Positions 32,344 through 42,639 of a stretch of 64,000 nucleotides of DNA are shown here, one piece after another; the first letter of the stretch is position 1, and each line of letters starts with the position of its first letter. The stretch lies in NCBI GenBank assembly GCA_965644495.1, contig CBFFSA010000001.1, positions 1,054,001 through 1,118,000 of the forward strand, read 5' to 3'. The translations under genes and the position numbers were made by a program. The DNA comes from Perkinsela sp. CCAP 1560/9. Taxonomy: Eukaryota; Protista; Euglenozoa: Kinetoplastea. The notes under the pieces are model-generated. The model was given only the letters and a program-made list of their open reading frames with translations, was not told the origin of the DNA and ran no database searches.

Positions 32344-32961
32344 ATGTTCAATATTTTGCTGTTTCAGGGGGAGGACTCAACCTTGAGTCGATTGGGAAGA
32401 GCTTCATCCGCACTTCCAGAGGAATACATGCTATCTCATTTTTTGCAGAATGTTAAAAACCCCCAATCATCCTGGAATACAAATAACACTGCGTGTGCTT
32501 GGTATGCCGTAAAATGTAATGTTGATCGGGAAGTCACGGTAATCAACTGGTTTGACCTAGGACTACAAGGGACTCTCCATTGGAGATGCCTACCCAGAGG
32601 TCTTAAAAAATTGTATCTTCCAACGAATGACCTAACTGGACTGCTTGTCGTGGAAGAATTACCACGCAACATGAGGGTTCTTGATGTATGTAATAATAAA
32701 TTTTTCGGAAATTTGAACTTTCGCGCTTTACCAGATACAATGCAGAGCCTTACGCTTGCTTTCAATAACTTTGATGGGCATATAGAATTGAACCACCTCC
32801 CTTCACAACTAAAAAACCTTTGCCTGAGCCACAATCCGAATTTAGAAGGCGAAGTTGACATGTCAGCTGTGCTACCTGACTTTCAATTTTTCTCTGAGGA
32901 AACAATGATTAAGCAGGTGAGTCGAAAAGCCGATACGGATACAGCTTGTCTACTAATGTAG
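32344..32961 (+). CDS. Leucine-rich repeat protein (family member 2)
   Basis: CAWYAVKC N-cap and LPxxLxxLxLxxNxxxG repeats. Confidence 0.88.
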   Translation: MFNILLFQGEDSTLSRLGRASSALPEEYMLSHFLQNVKNPQSSWNTNNTACAWYAVKCNVDREVTVINWFDLGLQGTLHWRCLPRGLKKLYLPTNDLTGLLVVEELPRNMRVLDVCNNKFFGNLNFRALPDTMQSLTLAFNNFDGHIELNHLPSQLKNLCLSHNPNLEGEVDMSAVLPDFQFFSEETMIKQVSRKADTDTACLLM

Positions 32962-33093
32962 CAGTTTCTTTTATAATTTTTTAGTGCTAATCCAGTTTCT
33001 TTTATGATTTGTTTAGTGTGATAATGTACTCTAAGATTGCCGGCAAGGTTCAGAGCCTTTATGTTGAAAACTACCGTATACTCCCCCAGTATA

Positions 33094-34423
33094 TAAACCC
33101 CTCGACACGAATAAAGCACCCCCCTTTATTTTTTGCGTGCGGGGACCCATGGGGGTTGCAGCACCACTTTATCGTCCACAATTTTGAGATCTGCACGTTC
33201 CCGGGGTTTTTAGCTTCATTTAAAACTTTTAAAAAAATGAGTTCCAGAAATATTTTTTTTTCTAAACTTTCATGGTAAAATCCAAGTACCGTCCCCCAAA
33301 GGGGGGATGACCCCTATAGGTAAGACATTATTGCGCCTGAGGTTCGAAGACGGTGTCCCAAAGAAGCAACTTGCACGATAATTTAATATTTCAGTAAAAT
33401 ATGTGAGGCAATATCTGAAAGCAAAAGAAACCAATAAAACCAAAATATTTACACCGAAAAAAATTATTTTACGTCGCAGAAAAAAATAGTAACCATTATT
33501 TCACCAAAAGACCTTGCTGGAGTGCCGAAACACAGCAGCGCTAGATGCATGGCGGGGAGATTGAGTAAAAAGGGGGTACATGTCACAAAACGCACTGTTC
33601 AACGTGACTTAAAAGCAATGAAATATACTTATTCCCCACGCCATGTTACTATGGCGTTGACCGAACGTCAGAAGGCTAAAAGGGTTGAGTTTGCCTTAGC
33701 ATGGAATGGGGATTCACGCATAATTGTATTTTCTGATGAAAAAATCTTTGATACTAATGACATGCGTAAGAAAATGTGGGTTGCCCCGGGCGAAAAGGCT
33801 GCTTCAAGGCAGAAAATGCGTTGGGCCCCAAAATACCATGTGTGGGGTGCCATTGGAGTTGGGTGGCGTTATCTAGCTATTCTTCCCAATGACAGCTCAA
33901 TTACGAGCGGAAAGTATATTAAAACCCTGCGTAAGACTCCTTTCCCCCGTAATTTTATTTTTCAACAAGATGGAGCAGGCGCACACACTGCAAAAATGAC
34001 AAAGTCTTATCTTTTTGTATCAGAAATTCAGTATATCAAAAATTGGCCTGCCAACTCACCTGACCTCAATCCTATAGAAAATGTATGGGAAATGATACAG
34101 CAACGAGTATGTGGAATGAACCCCTCCAGTACTACTTCGCTTATTAGGTGTGTAAAAAAAGCATTTGAAGAAATCTCCCGAAGGCAAGTAAATAAAACTG
34201 TTTTAAGCTTCGATCGTCGACTAGAAGCCTGCGTAAAGCGCAAGGGAGAAAAAGTGAAAAAGTGGTAATCGTCTACTTATATTTTACCTTATTCACCCCA
34301 GGACAATTTTACAAGGTGCGCAAAGTCTATTCACTGAGATCTGCAAAATGCCACAAGAATTAGCTCAAACGGACTTACCATACAAATTTTAGAGGGGGGT
34401 GCTTTATTGTGTCGAGGGGTTTA
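33094..34423 (+). mobile_element. Tc1/IS630-type DNA transposon, defective relative of 11857-13200
   Basis: TIR taaacccctcgacac(g)aataaagcacccccc at both ends; similar length and layout. Confidence 0.9.
33272..34268 (+). pseudogene. DD35E transposase pseudogene
   Basis: 5' part homologous to the 12012-13022 protein (RPPKGG, LRFEDGVPKK) but with homopolymer frameshifts and an in-frame TAA; catalytic region intact (FSDE, QQDGAGAH, SPDLNPIE); same GEKVKKW end. Confidence 0.88.
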
Positions 34424-34589
34424 CATGGTGATAGATTGTATACACGTAAATTGTAGTTCGGTTCTCTCTTGAAAATCTTTACTAATCAGGGGGCTTTGAG
34501 GCGCGAATGGATTGATATAAAATTGTTATTGTATAAATTACTATTGTATTTTATTACTAATTATTTTACTCTGAACTGAAACGTTTATT

Positions 34590-35480
34590 ATGACCTCATC
34601 TCATGCGTATCCCTTTTGCGATGCTGTATCAGGAGGAACCGCCGCGGTAGCTGCAAGGCTTGTGGTTGCACCTATTGAACGGGTCAAGATTTTGTACCAG
34701 GTGGAGAAGAAGCACGCTAGTCAAGGAATTATTTCTCTGACAGTTTCAATATACAGAAATGAAGGAGTGGGTGCCTATTGGAAAGGAATCGGTGTCGCAC
34801 TGTTTCGTATAGCTCCGTATATGGGATTTAAGTTCATGGCTTTGGAGCAGTACAAAATTTTACTTTCGTCTTTTGACAGCCTGCGCAATGCAAACACTTT
34901 TCTCGCGGGCTCGCTGGCCGGGGTCACTGCCACAGCCCTGACTTACCCGATGGACCTGATGCGTTGTCGCATGGCTGTCTCACGAGCACCCACGTACGGT
35001 TATCGAGACATGTGCCGTCATATTGTGTCTGAAAAAGGCTACCGGTCATTGTTTGCCGGCGCTCCCATCACGTTAAAAGCCATTGCAGTTCACGACGGGG
35101 TAAAGTTTGGCACGTATGATAGCCTTAAAGGAAGGTTTGTTAACTTTCTTGGTCTGCAGAACGAGAGGGATCTTTCGTTTCTCCCCCGAGTCCTCTCGGG
35201 AGCGTTCGCTGGGGCACTTGCCCAAACAGTATGTTACCCGACTGATATCCTCCGCCGCAGGGTGCAGATCTCTGATGCGAAAGTCCCTCCCTATGCCGGG
35301 ATCTATGATGGCGTAGTTAAAATTTATCGAGCGGAGGGCGTAGTGCATGGGCTCTATCGCGGGTGGACTCTGAATTTGCTACGTGCGTGCCCGAATATTG
35401 CGATCTACATGGTGACCTATGACTACCTCTCGCAGAAAATACCGTACTGGGTGTACGGACACGTCAACCGCAGAGGTTGA
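34590..35480 (+). CDS. Mitochondrial carrier protein (SLC25; CoA-carrier-like)
   Basis: Three Px(D/E)xx(K/R) signatures: PIERVK, PMDLMR, PTDILR. Confidence 0.92.
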   Translation: MTSSHAYPFCDAVSGGTAAVAARLVVAPIERVKILYQVEKKHASQGIISLTVSIYRNEGVGAYWKGIGVALFRIAPYMGFKFMALEQYKILLSSFDSLRNANTFLAGSLAGVTATALTYPMDLMRCRMAVSRAPTYGYRDMCRHIVSEKGYRSLFAGAPITLKAIAVHDGVKFGTYDSLKGRFVNFLGLQNERDLSFLPRVLSGAFAGALAQTVCYPTDILRRRVQISDAKVPPYAGIYDGVVKIYRAEGVVHGLYRGWTLNLLRACPNIAIYMVTYDYLSQKIPYWVYGHVNRRG

Positions 35481-35813
35481 CTTTTTGCGAACGCGTAGCC
35501 CCAATATTTTAATACACTGCTCTAATGAGCAGCGCAAACTTACTTGAATTTTCAACGAAGGAAAAGCGGGCTACATGACCCCCATTTCTGTAACAGGATT
35601 TCTGAAATAATAAAAATAGGATCTCTGAAATAAGAATCCTTTTTTCAGAACACTATATAGGGAGACATTCGTCCTTCGTTACTCTAAATTAGATAAATTT
35701 AAAACTTTGGCACGGAAAGAAAATGCACAATAAAGTGATGCACAATAAAAAAGATTGCGTATTTTGATTTACATGCTGTTTCGTCTAATTTGAGGCCACA
35801 ATATTTTTGCACC

Positions 35814-38018
35814 ATGGAAACGCCTACGACATTGAGCATTGACACTTCCAATTCCGCGTTCCCCTTGCTTCCCCCCGAGCAATGGAAAAGCAAGCGGGAT
35901 GCAACCGATTGCGGTGTGTGTCACTCTGAATTTGGATATTTTTCTTCTCGATTTAACTGTCCGCTTTGCGGTAGAGTATGCTGCACCGGATGCATCGATC
36001 AGAACACTACCTTACCTCAGCCCCATGTAATTACAACACCAGTCTCTTTATGTGAGTTCTGTTTTGCGCGTGTCGAGATTACGAAACGTCAGATTGAATA
36101 CGAAAACGCGAAGGAAAGGAAGAATCCTTTATTACCATCTGCAGAATCTTACCATCCAACTGCGGCATGTGGCGAAATTAGAAATGAAACGCAAACTTCT
36201 GTTTTCATAAACCTTAGTGATGGTGTAACACGGGAAGTCGAGAGTTTGGGGCCCAAGACTCATGGGGATGAACACCCATCTAGTGATTCATCCGTAGAGG
36301 ACAGCACTGAACGATGGCCTATATCTCGTTCGGAATCCTCACCACGAAGGCAAGATGCACCGAGTGCTTCATGTTCTTTTACAAGAAGTCTAGAAGAGTC
36401 AGATACTCCCCTTTTGATTCACGTAGGCAGAGGTGTAAATGATATGGGGGCTAATTCTGACCTTCCGTTGGCTAGTTCTCAACCCCATATGGCCATTGAC
36501 ACTTTTTTCGAGCTCGATACTATGTCACGCGGCATGACGACTCCGCAACTACCGCAACCAAAATCCACTGAAGACATCAATTTTCCCAAGTCTACATCCA
36601 TTTCTGACATAGCCGATCAGCTAAGTTCCTCGGAGAATTTTTTATCCACAAGAACTGACGCCCTACAAGAAACGTCAGAGAATTCGCCTCTTGAAAACAG
36701 TAACACGCAAAAAAATGAGAAAGAAAATTCTACGGAACACCATCAATTGAGTATTGGCTTTGCTTTAGAAAGATCACGAAAATGTGACTTAGATATTTCC
36801 GAAAAGGAGAAGATTACCACCATTTCAACTCCTAGAAGTGATCTTATTTCTGACACATTGGTGGAGAAAACTAATTCCTTAACCCCTGACTTGTCAGTTA
36901 CAGCAATTTCGGAAGGTGATCGCTCCCATCTGAGCTTAAAAATTGAACGCGAAGCCTTTTATGAGGTAGTTGCCACTTTCGACGAGGAACGTGATGAATT
37001 CAATAATATGAAGACTTCTCTCGAGCAAAAGGTAAATAGTATGACTAAGCGATGCGCAGAATTAGAAATTGAAGTACAGAGCAATCGTCTACCGTCTAAA
37101 AACGAAACTCGGTCTACTCAGACTCAATACGAACATTCTGGTACACATCAATTAGAAACACATTTTCCAAGCGAAATTGCGTCCATCACACCGCGAATAA
37201 AACCACTTTGCCGAGTGTTTCAAGAACTCATGCAAACACCTCCTTACGAGCGCGAAACGAGAGACGTTGAGATCTGCACATCACCTAACGAATGCGAAAA
37301 TCTGCGTGCACTGCTCATGACTCGAGATCACGACTTGAAAGTAATGAGCAAAACTCTCACCGCGAATTCGAAAAATCTGGACATCACTTTAAACACCCAA
37401 TATCCATGTCCGATCACAATCCACCGAAAAAATGAGTGCAGCATATCATGCGGGACAGATGTAGATTATATCCGAGCACTGTATGAGTTTCCCTATGAGG
37501 AATATGTTGAGTTAGAAAAATTTACCCGAAGCACCCTTGTCGAATTCGAGAATAACGTCTTTCAACTTGCGTGTTCTACGAGTAATCAGGAATGGCAACT
37601 GGAAACTCAGAATAAATTTATGAAAGAAAGTCTTCTACTTCAACAGAAAGAAAGAAAGGAACTCGAAAATAGGATTGGTGAACTGAGCACCATTGGTAAA
37701 AGTTCTGCGCTTTCTCAGCTCATGCAAGAGTGTCTTGTGCAGAAATTATATTTTCTATTAAATGAAAATTGTGCGCTTGTTGACTCTCTGCGGAAATTAC
37801 ATTTTGAGCTATCTTTGAGAATTGGCACACATAAAAGTTTGAATCATGTGGCAGTGGGAAGGTCTCATCTTTCATTGTCTTCCGACGAATGTGCTGGCAC
37901 ATCATGTAGAAAAGAAAACAAGACTACCTTAGAGGACAAGCAAGTAGAAGACCTTATGCGAGAGTTTGACATTCGATGTACTGACTGCATAGAAGTTCGG
38001 GAGGATGCTGATCGCTAG
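35814..38018 (+). CDS. FYVE-like zinc finger protein with coiled coils
   Basis: W..CGVC..F....RFNCPLCGRVCC..C...CEFC; long low-complexity and coiled-coil C-terminus; first ATG at 35814. Confidence 0.8.
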   Translation: METPTTLSIDTSNSAFPLLPPEQWKSKRDATDCGVCHSEFGYFSSRFNCPLCGRVCCTGCIDQNTTLPQPHVITTPVSLCEFCFARVEITKRQIEYENAKERKNPLLPSAESYHPTAACGEIRNETQTSVFINLSDGVTREVESLGPKTHGDEHPSSDSSVEDSTERWPISRSESSPRRQDAPSASCSFTRSLEESDTPLLIHVGRGVNDMGANSDLPLASSQPHMAIDTFFELDTMSRGMTTPQLPQPKSTEDINFPKSTSISDIADQLSSSENFLSTRTDALQETSENSPLENSNTQKNEKENSTEHHQLSIGFALERSRKCDLDISEKEKITTISTPRSDLISDTLVEKTNSLTPDLSVTAISEGDRSHLSLKIEREAFYEVVATFDEERDEFNNMKTSLEQKVNSMTKRCAELEIEVQSNRLPSKNETRSTQTQYEHSGTHQLETHFPSEIASITPRIKPLCRVFQELMQTPPYERETRDVEICTSPNECENLRALLMTRDHDLKVMSKTLTANSKNLDITLNTQYPCPITIHRKNECSISCGTDVDYIRALYEFPYEEYVELEKFTRSTLVEFENNVFQLACSTSNQEWQLETQNKFMKESLLLQQKERKELENRIGELSTIGKSSALSQLMQECLVQKLYFLLNENCALVDSLRKLHFELSLRIGTHKSLNHVAVGRSHLSLSSDECAGTSCRKENKTTLEDKQVEDLMREFDIRCTDCIEVREDADR

Positions 38019-38155
38019 TATCTTGCTGTCTTTTCGACAGGTGTATTCTACCATGATTCGAACTTATAAGTACCATAAGGAATTGTAACGCTTTTCTGAC
38101 GATTGCAACCTTTTCATATGCAAATTTAAACACTTTTTTTAACTTTAATATTAGC

Positions 38156-40594
38156 ATGTTACATAGATCTCTTGTTCTCACGCCCTACGCTGTGATAGCT
38201 TGCTTCTACCAATTATCCTTTCTAGTAAGCTGTGCGGAGGAAGCCAATCAAACCGTTCCTGTAGAGATGGATACGTTGCCCAGCAACCCTAGTTATATTG
38301 CACACAGTGCCATGGGTGCCGCTGGTGCATGTTCCTTTATCGTACTAACCTCACTTGTTGGGTTTGCGTTTGGGATATTTTGGTGGTGGTACCTCTCAAA
38401 GAAAGTTCAACTCGGGGATCGTCCAGATGCGAACGGAGAGACACACACAACCGGATTTGACGTTAATGTCGTTACGCGAGAGGTGTTGGAGCGAACGATT
38501 CTCATTGCTCACGCCATCAGTGAAGGTGCTAACACATTCCTTATGGCCGAGTACCGCTACATGGCGATTTTTATTGGGTCCTTCGGTTTGTTGCTGTTCA
38601 TCCTCCTCGGCGTCACGGGGCCTAACTACTGGGGGGTCGCGGCGTTTAGTCTGTTCTCCTTCCTGCTCGGCAGTGTCACCTCCATCCTAGCAGGGTGGAT
38701 CGGAATGCGGATTGCAGTCTTCACCAATGCCCGGACCGCACTACAAGCCACCGTGGGGGTCTCCGAGGGGAAGACACACCGGCAGTACCGCAGCGCCTTC
38801 CAGACTGCATTCCGTGGGGGACTGACGATGGGCTTCTGTCTCACCTCCATGGGACTGTTTATGCTTTTCCTAAATGCTGTGATTGGGAGTGCAATCTTTC
38901 GAGACCCCGTGAATGCCTATGAGGCTGTCGCAGCCTTTGGACTCGGGGGCAGCGCCGTGGCCTGCTTTGGCCGTGTCGGCGGTGGTATCTACACCAAGGC
39001 CGCGGATGTGGGTGCGGATTTAGTGGGCAAGGTGGAGGCGGGGATTCCAGAAGATGACCCACGAAATCCTGGGGTGATTGCGGACTGTATCGGTGACAAC
39101 GTGGGCGACATTGCCGGGATGGGCTCCGATCTGTTTGGGTCCTTTGGGGAGGCAAGTTGTGCCGCGTTTGTGGTAGCAAGTACCAGTCCCGAGCTCACGG
39201 CGTCGCTGGGAAGTATGTTATACCCACTGGTGATTACAGCTGCTGGGATTCTTGTGTGTATGCTGACGTCTAACCTGGCCTCAGTATGGTGTACTGTACG
39301 CGGTAAAAAGAGCGTGGAGCCCGCTCTTGCGATACAACTTGGGCTTCCCACCATTCTCAATTCGTTCGCCATTTTTGCGCTCACCTACGTTTGTCTCCCG
39401 GCTGAATTTCATGTTCACCACGTCTTCACCGCGGAACCCAAGCTGTGTACGTGGTGGCAGGCGTACATCTGTGTTATGACGGGTCTGTGGACCGGGCTCA
39501 TCATCGGCTACACGACCTACTACTACACCTCCCACAGCCACGGTCCCGTACGTGCGGTGGCGAAATCATGCAAGACAGGGGCGGCTACCAACGTGATCTA
39601 TGGCCTAGCGTTAGGTTACCTCTCCGTGCTGATTCCCACGGTCTGTATCGCGATCACGGTGTATGTCAGTTACAACTTATGCCTGCTCTACGGTTTCGCT
39701 CTCGCCGCGTTGGGGATTCTGTCCACCATGTCGATTGGGCTCACCATCGACGCCTATGGCCCGATCTCTGACAACGCAGGCGGAATTGCGGAGATGGCAG
39801 AAATGGGCAAAGACATCCGGGAGGTGACTGATGCATTGGATGCCGCGGGGAATACCACCGCGGCGATTGGAAAGGGATTTGCCATCAGCAGTGCCGCGCT
39901 GGTCTCGCTCGCGCTCTACGGTGCCTATCTCACCCAAGTCGCTCGTAATCCCGACGGCGGAGTCTCCGCGCTGCAGATTCAGATTATTGATCCTCGTGTA
40001 ATGTGTGGGCTACTGCTGGGCTCCGCGCTTCCGTTCTGGTTCAGCGCGCTAACCATCCAAAGTGTGGGTGGGGCCGCGATGCGTATGGTGGGGGAAATTC
40101 GCCGACAGTTTCTGGAGATTCCGGGACTTATGGAAGGCAGCACGCAGCCGAACTACAACAAGTGCGTTGAAATTGCCACTGTAGCGGCGTTGCAAAAAAT
40201 GATCGCCCCCGGCCTTTTGGTGATTCTTTCACCCATCCTGGTGGGTATTTTGTTGGGTAAGGAAGCGCTGGCAGGGTTACTCCCCGGGGCGTTGCTCTGT
40301 GGGTTGCAGCTTGCCATTTCCAGTAGCAACACCGGAGGAGCCTGGGACAACGCAAAGAAGTATATTGAGTCCGGTGGGATTCCGGGTGTACATAAAGGAA
40401 GTGCCGTTCATGCCGCGGCTGTGGTAGGGGACACAGTGGGGGATCCACTAAAGGACACCAGCGGTCCTTCGCTGAATATTTTGATTAAACTCATGGCCAT
40501 TATTTCTGTTGTATTCGCGCCTGTAACCCGTCACGGAAAGGTAGGTGGTGTGTTGCTTGACAACGTGTTGGGTGGATTTAATGCCGCGACGTGA
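38156..40594 (+). CDS. VP1: Vacuolar-type H+-translocating pyrophosphatase (acidocalcisome VP1-like)
   Basis: GGGIYTKAADVGADLVGKVE, DNVGD, GNTTAA (K+-dependent type), GDTVGDPLKDTSGP. Confidence 0.97.
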   Translation: MLHRSLVLTPYAVIACFYQLSFLVSCAEEANQTVPVEMDTLPSNPSYIAHSAMGAAGACSFIVLTSLVGFAFGIFWWWYLSKKVQLGDRPDANGETHTTGFDVNVVTREVLERTILIAHAISEGANTFLMAEYRYMAIFIGSFGLLLFILLGVTGPNYWGVAAFSLFSFLLGSVTSILAGWIGMRIAVFTNARTALQATVGVSEGKTHRQYRSAFQTAFRGGLTMGFCLTSMGLFMLFLNAVIGSAIFRDPVNAYEAVAAFGLGGSAVACFGRVGGGIYTKAADVGADLVGKVEAGIPEDDPRNPGVIADCIGDNVGDIAGMGSDLFGSFGEASCAAFVVASTSPELTASLGSMLYPLVITAAGILVCMLTSNLASVWCTVRGKKSVEPALAIQLGLPTILNSFAIFALTYVCLPAEFHVHHVFTAEPKLCTWWQAYICVMTGLWTGLIIGYTTYYYTSHSHGPVRAVAKSCKTGAATNVIYGLALGYLSVLIPTVCIAITVYVSYNLCLLYGFALAALGILSTMSIGLTIDAYGPISDNAGGIAEMAEMGKDIREVTDALDAAGNTTAAIGKGFAISSAALVSLALYGAYLTQVARNPDGGVSALQIQIIDPRVMCGLLLGSALPFWFSALTIQSVGGAAMRMVGEIRRQFLEIPGLMEGSTQPNYNKCVEIATVAALQKMIAPGLLVILSPILVGILLGKEALAGLLPGALLCGLQLAISSSNTGGAWDNAKKYIESGGIPGVHKGSAVHAAAVVGDTVGDPLKDTSGPSLNILIKLMAIISVVFAPVTRHGKVGGVLLDNVLGGFNAAT

Positions 40595-41021
40595 TCATTA
40601 TTTATTTCCGAAAACGATGCAACGTCTTTGCTTCGATAAAATAGTATGAGTTTCTTGAATTGCTCTACATTATGTGCTTTTTGAGTCAAATGGGAGGTTG
40701 TACCATAACAATTCCACTGGGTTTTCGCACTTTCTCGTTTTTCTAGCAACCTTTCCAAACACCAGCAACGATCTGCAAATTACATCGCGGTAGAAGGTAT
40801 GACACCCTTTTTGACTCAACTAAATCTTTTAGCGTCATTTTTAGCAGAACCACCTTATTTGCGCGATTCATTCTTTTCTTCCAAATTTTCTCTCCATCCC
40901 TATTCTTTACAAAATCTTCCCCATCCCTATCCCCTCTCCGACCTCCACTTTTCTCCTTTCCCTTCCTTTCCTTCCTCACTTTTCCTCCTTCCCTCCCCTC
41001 ACCCCCTCCTCTCCTTCTTCC

Positions 41022-42338
41022 ATGTCCACCCCCTCCCCCACCACCCCCACCACCCTCTCCTCCATCCTCCTCACCACCACCCGGGTCGTTATCCACCAAG
41101 CCCTCCACCTCCCCTCCCCTTCCTCCCCCACCTCCCCCACCCTCCTCCTCCTCCACGACACCCTCTCCCCCATGTCCCGTGCCCTCACCCACGCCTACAC
41201 CACAGCCTGTGCCGCCCACCCCATCGACTGCACCCCCTACCTCTCCCCCGGCCCCGACCCCGACCCCGACACCCCCCCCTTTGAGACGACCCCAACGACG
41301 CTCACCAAGCCCCCTCCCCGGGGCCCCTCCCCCCTCCACGCCTTCCTCGAGCAAACCCTAAGATCCCTTCTCAAGCCCCGCGACGCCGTAGTCCTCATCC
41401 AGTCCCACGCCTTCCAGTATTACCTCAAAGCCTACCGCCTACGGCTCACGCTGTTCGACTACGGCTTACGTGTCGTCGAGCACGCCCACCTGTCTTCGCT
41501 AAAAAACAATGAGGAGTGTGAGTGCTACGCCCGCGCGCTGGGGTTCTCCCCGAGCGGGGCACGCCCGGAGGCGCTGGGGCTACAGCGCGTGCTGGGGGCG
41601 TGTGTCGGGGGGGTGTCGGTGCGGAGTGGGCGGGACGGGGAGAGTGTGCTGCGGTATCGGGGGAGGATGGAGCGGCCGTTGCTGAATATTGGGTGGTATG
41701 GGGGGGAGGGGGAGGGGGAGGGGGGAGAAGGGAAAAAGGAAAACCCGATGGGGGGTGCTTTTCCTGTAGGTGAGGTGATTTCGGAAAGTGTTTGCTTGGA
41801 GGAGGTGTCGGGGGAGGTACAGATTTGGGGTTTTCCGACGGTGGAAAAAGTGATACAGACGTTTAAGGAACCGATTAAGTTGCGTATCGAGAGGGGTAGG
41901 GTTGCGGATGTCGGGAGTCTGTTCGGGGAGAAGAGCGGGCTTCCACAGGAGTTGCGGAAGGTGCTGGAAATGATACACGCCACGGAGAAGGGAGAAGTCT
42001 TGGTGCGCGAATTTGGTGTAGGTCTTAATCCTTTTCTAGGAAGAAACAAAGTTGTGTCCGAGCCTAACGCGTTTGAAAGACAACGCGGGCTTCATATTTC
42101 GTTGGGTAAGAAACATAACCTATTTCGAAAGCCCAATCTGAGGAAAAAGGATGGCGTCTGCCACGTTGATTGTTTCGTGGATCTCTACAGTATTACTGCT
42201 CATGGTGTTCCATCCCAAACAGGTAATACAGCAGACAGTAATACGATGAATGACGAATCAGGTAAGGTGGAATCATCGGATTATCCTCTGTATTACGATG
42301 GAGATTATCATGTGGATGGATTGAAGGCTTGTGATTGA
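41022..42338 (+). CDS. Hypothetical protein, possible M29-type metallo-aminopeptidase fold
   Basis: FPVGEV, EFGVGLN, ER..GLHISLG and HVD motifs resemble the M29 C-terminal domain; start uncertain. Confidence 0.65.
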   Translation: MSTPSPTTPTTLSSILLTTTRVVIHQALHLPSPSSPTSPTLLLLHDTLSPMSRALTHAYTTACAAHPIDCTPYLSPGPDPDPDTPPFETTPTTLTKPPPRGPSPLHAFLEQTLRSLLKPRDAVVLIQSHAFQYYLKAYRLRLTLFDYGLRVVEHAHLSSLKNNEECECYARALGFSPSGARPEALGLQRVLGACVGGVSVRSGRDGESVLRYRGRMERPLLNIGWYGGEGEGEGGEGKKENPMGGAFPVGEVISESVCLEEVSGEVQIWGFPTVEKVIQTFKEPIKLRIERGRVADVGSLFGEKSGLPQELRKVLEMIHATEKGEVLVREFGVGLNPFLGRNKVVSEPNAFERQRGLHISLGKKHNLFRKPNLRKKDGVCHVDCFVDLYSITAHGVPSQTGNTADSNTMNDESGKVESSDYPLYYDGDYHVDGLKACD

Positions 42339-42639
42339 ATCAAAACATTTTTTAGAGTTCTTATTAGAGTAGTTCGGTTCGCTTGTAACGATTTTAATAT
42401 TATTGTAAGGAAGCGCAATACGTACGTTCTGAATATTAAGCACTATTATGGTGTTCTCTGATTTAATTAAACACAATCTTTTACTGGTACTTTGTGGATC
42501 AAGGCAATCGTTTGTTTCTATGTATCCAGTTCTTATATTCCTTAGATGTTAACTTGCGCACTTGACTGCAATCCAAAATTGCGATTCCATATGACTTGAC
42601 AAGAAGCTTGGAAAGCAGAACGTTTCGCATGCAAAGAAA

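Noticed and set aside
40743-42049. Overlapping Gly-rich and Pro/His-rich ORFs on both strands
   Set aside because: By-products of the extreme skew, which removes stop codons; the same applies to 21836-22213 and 25023-25616.
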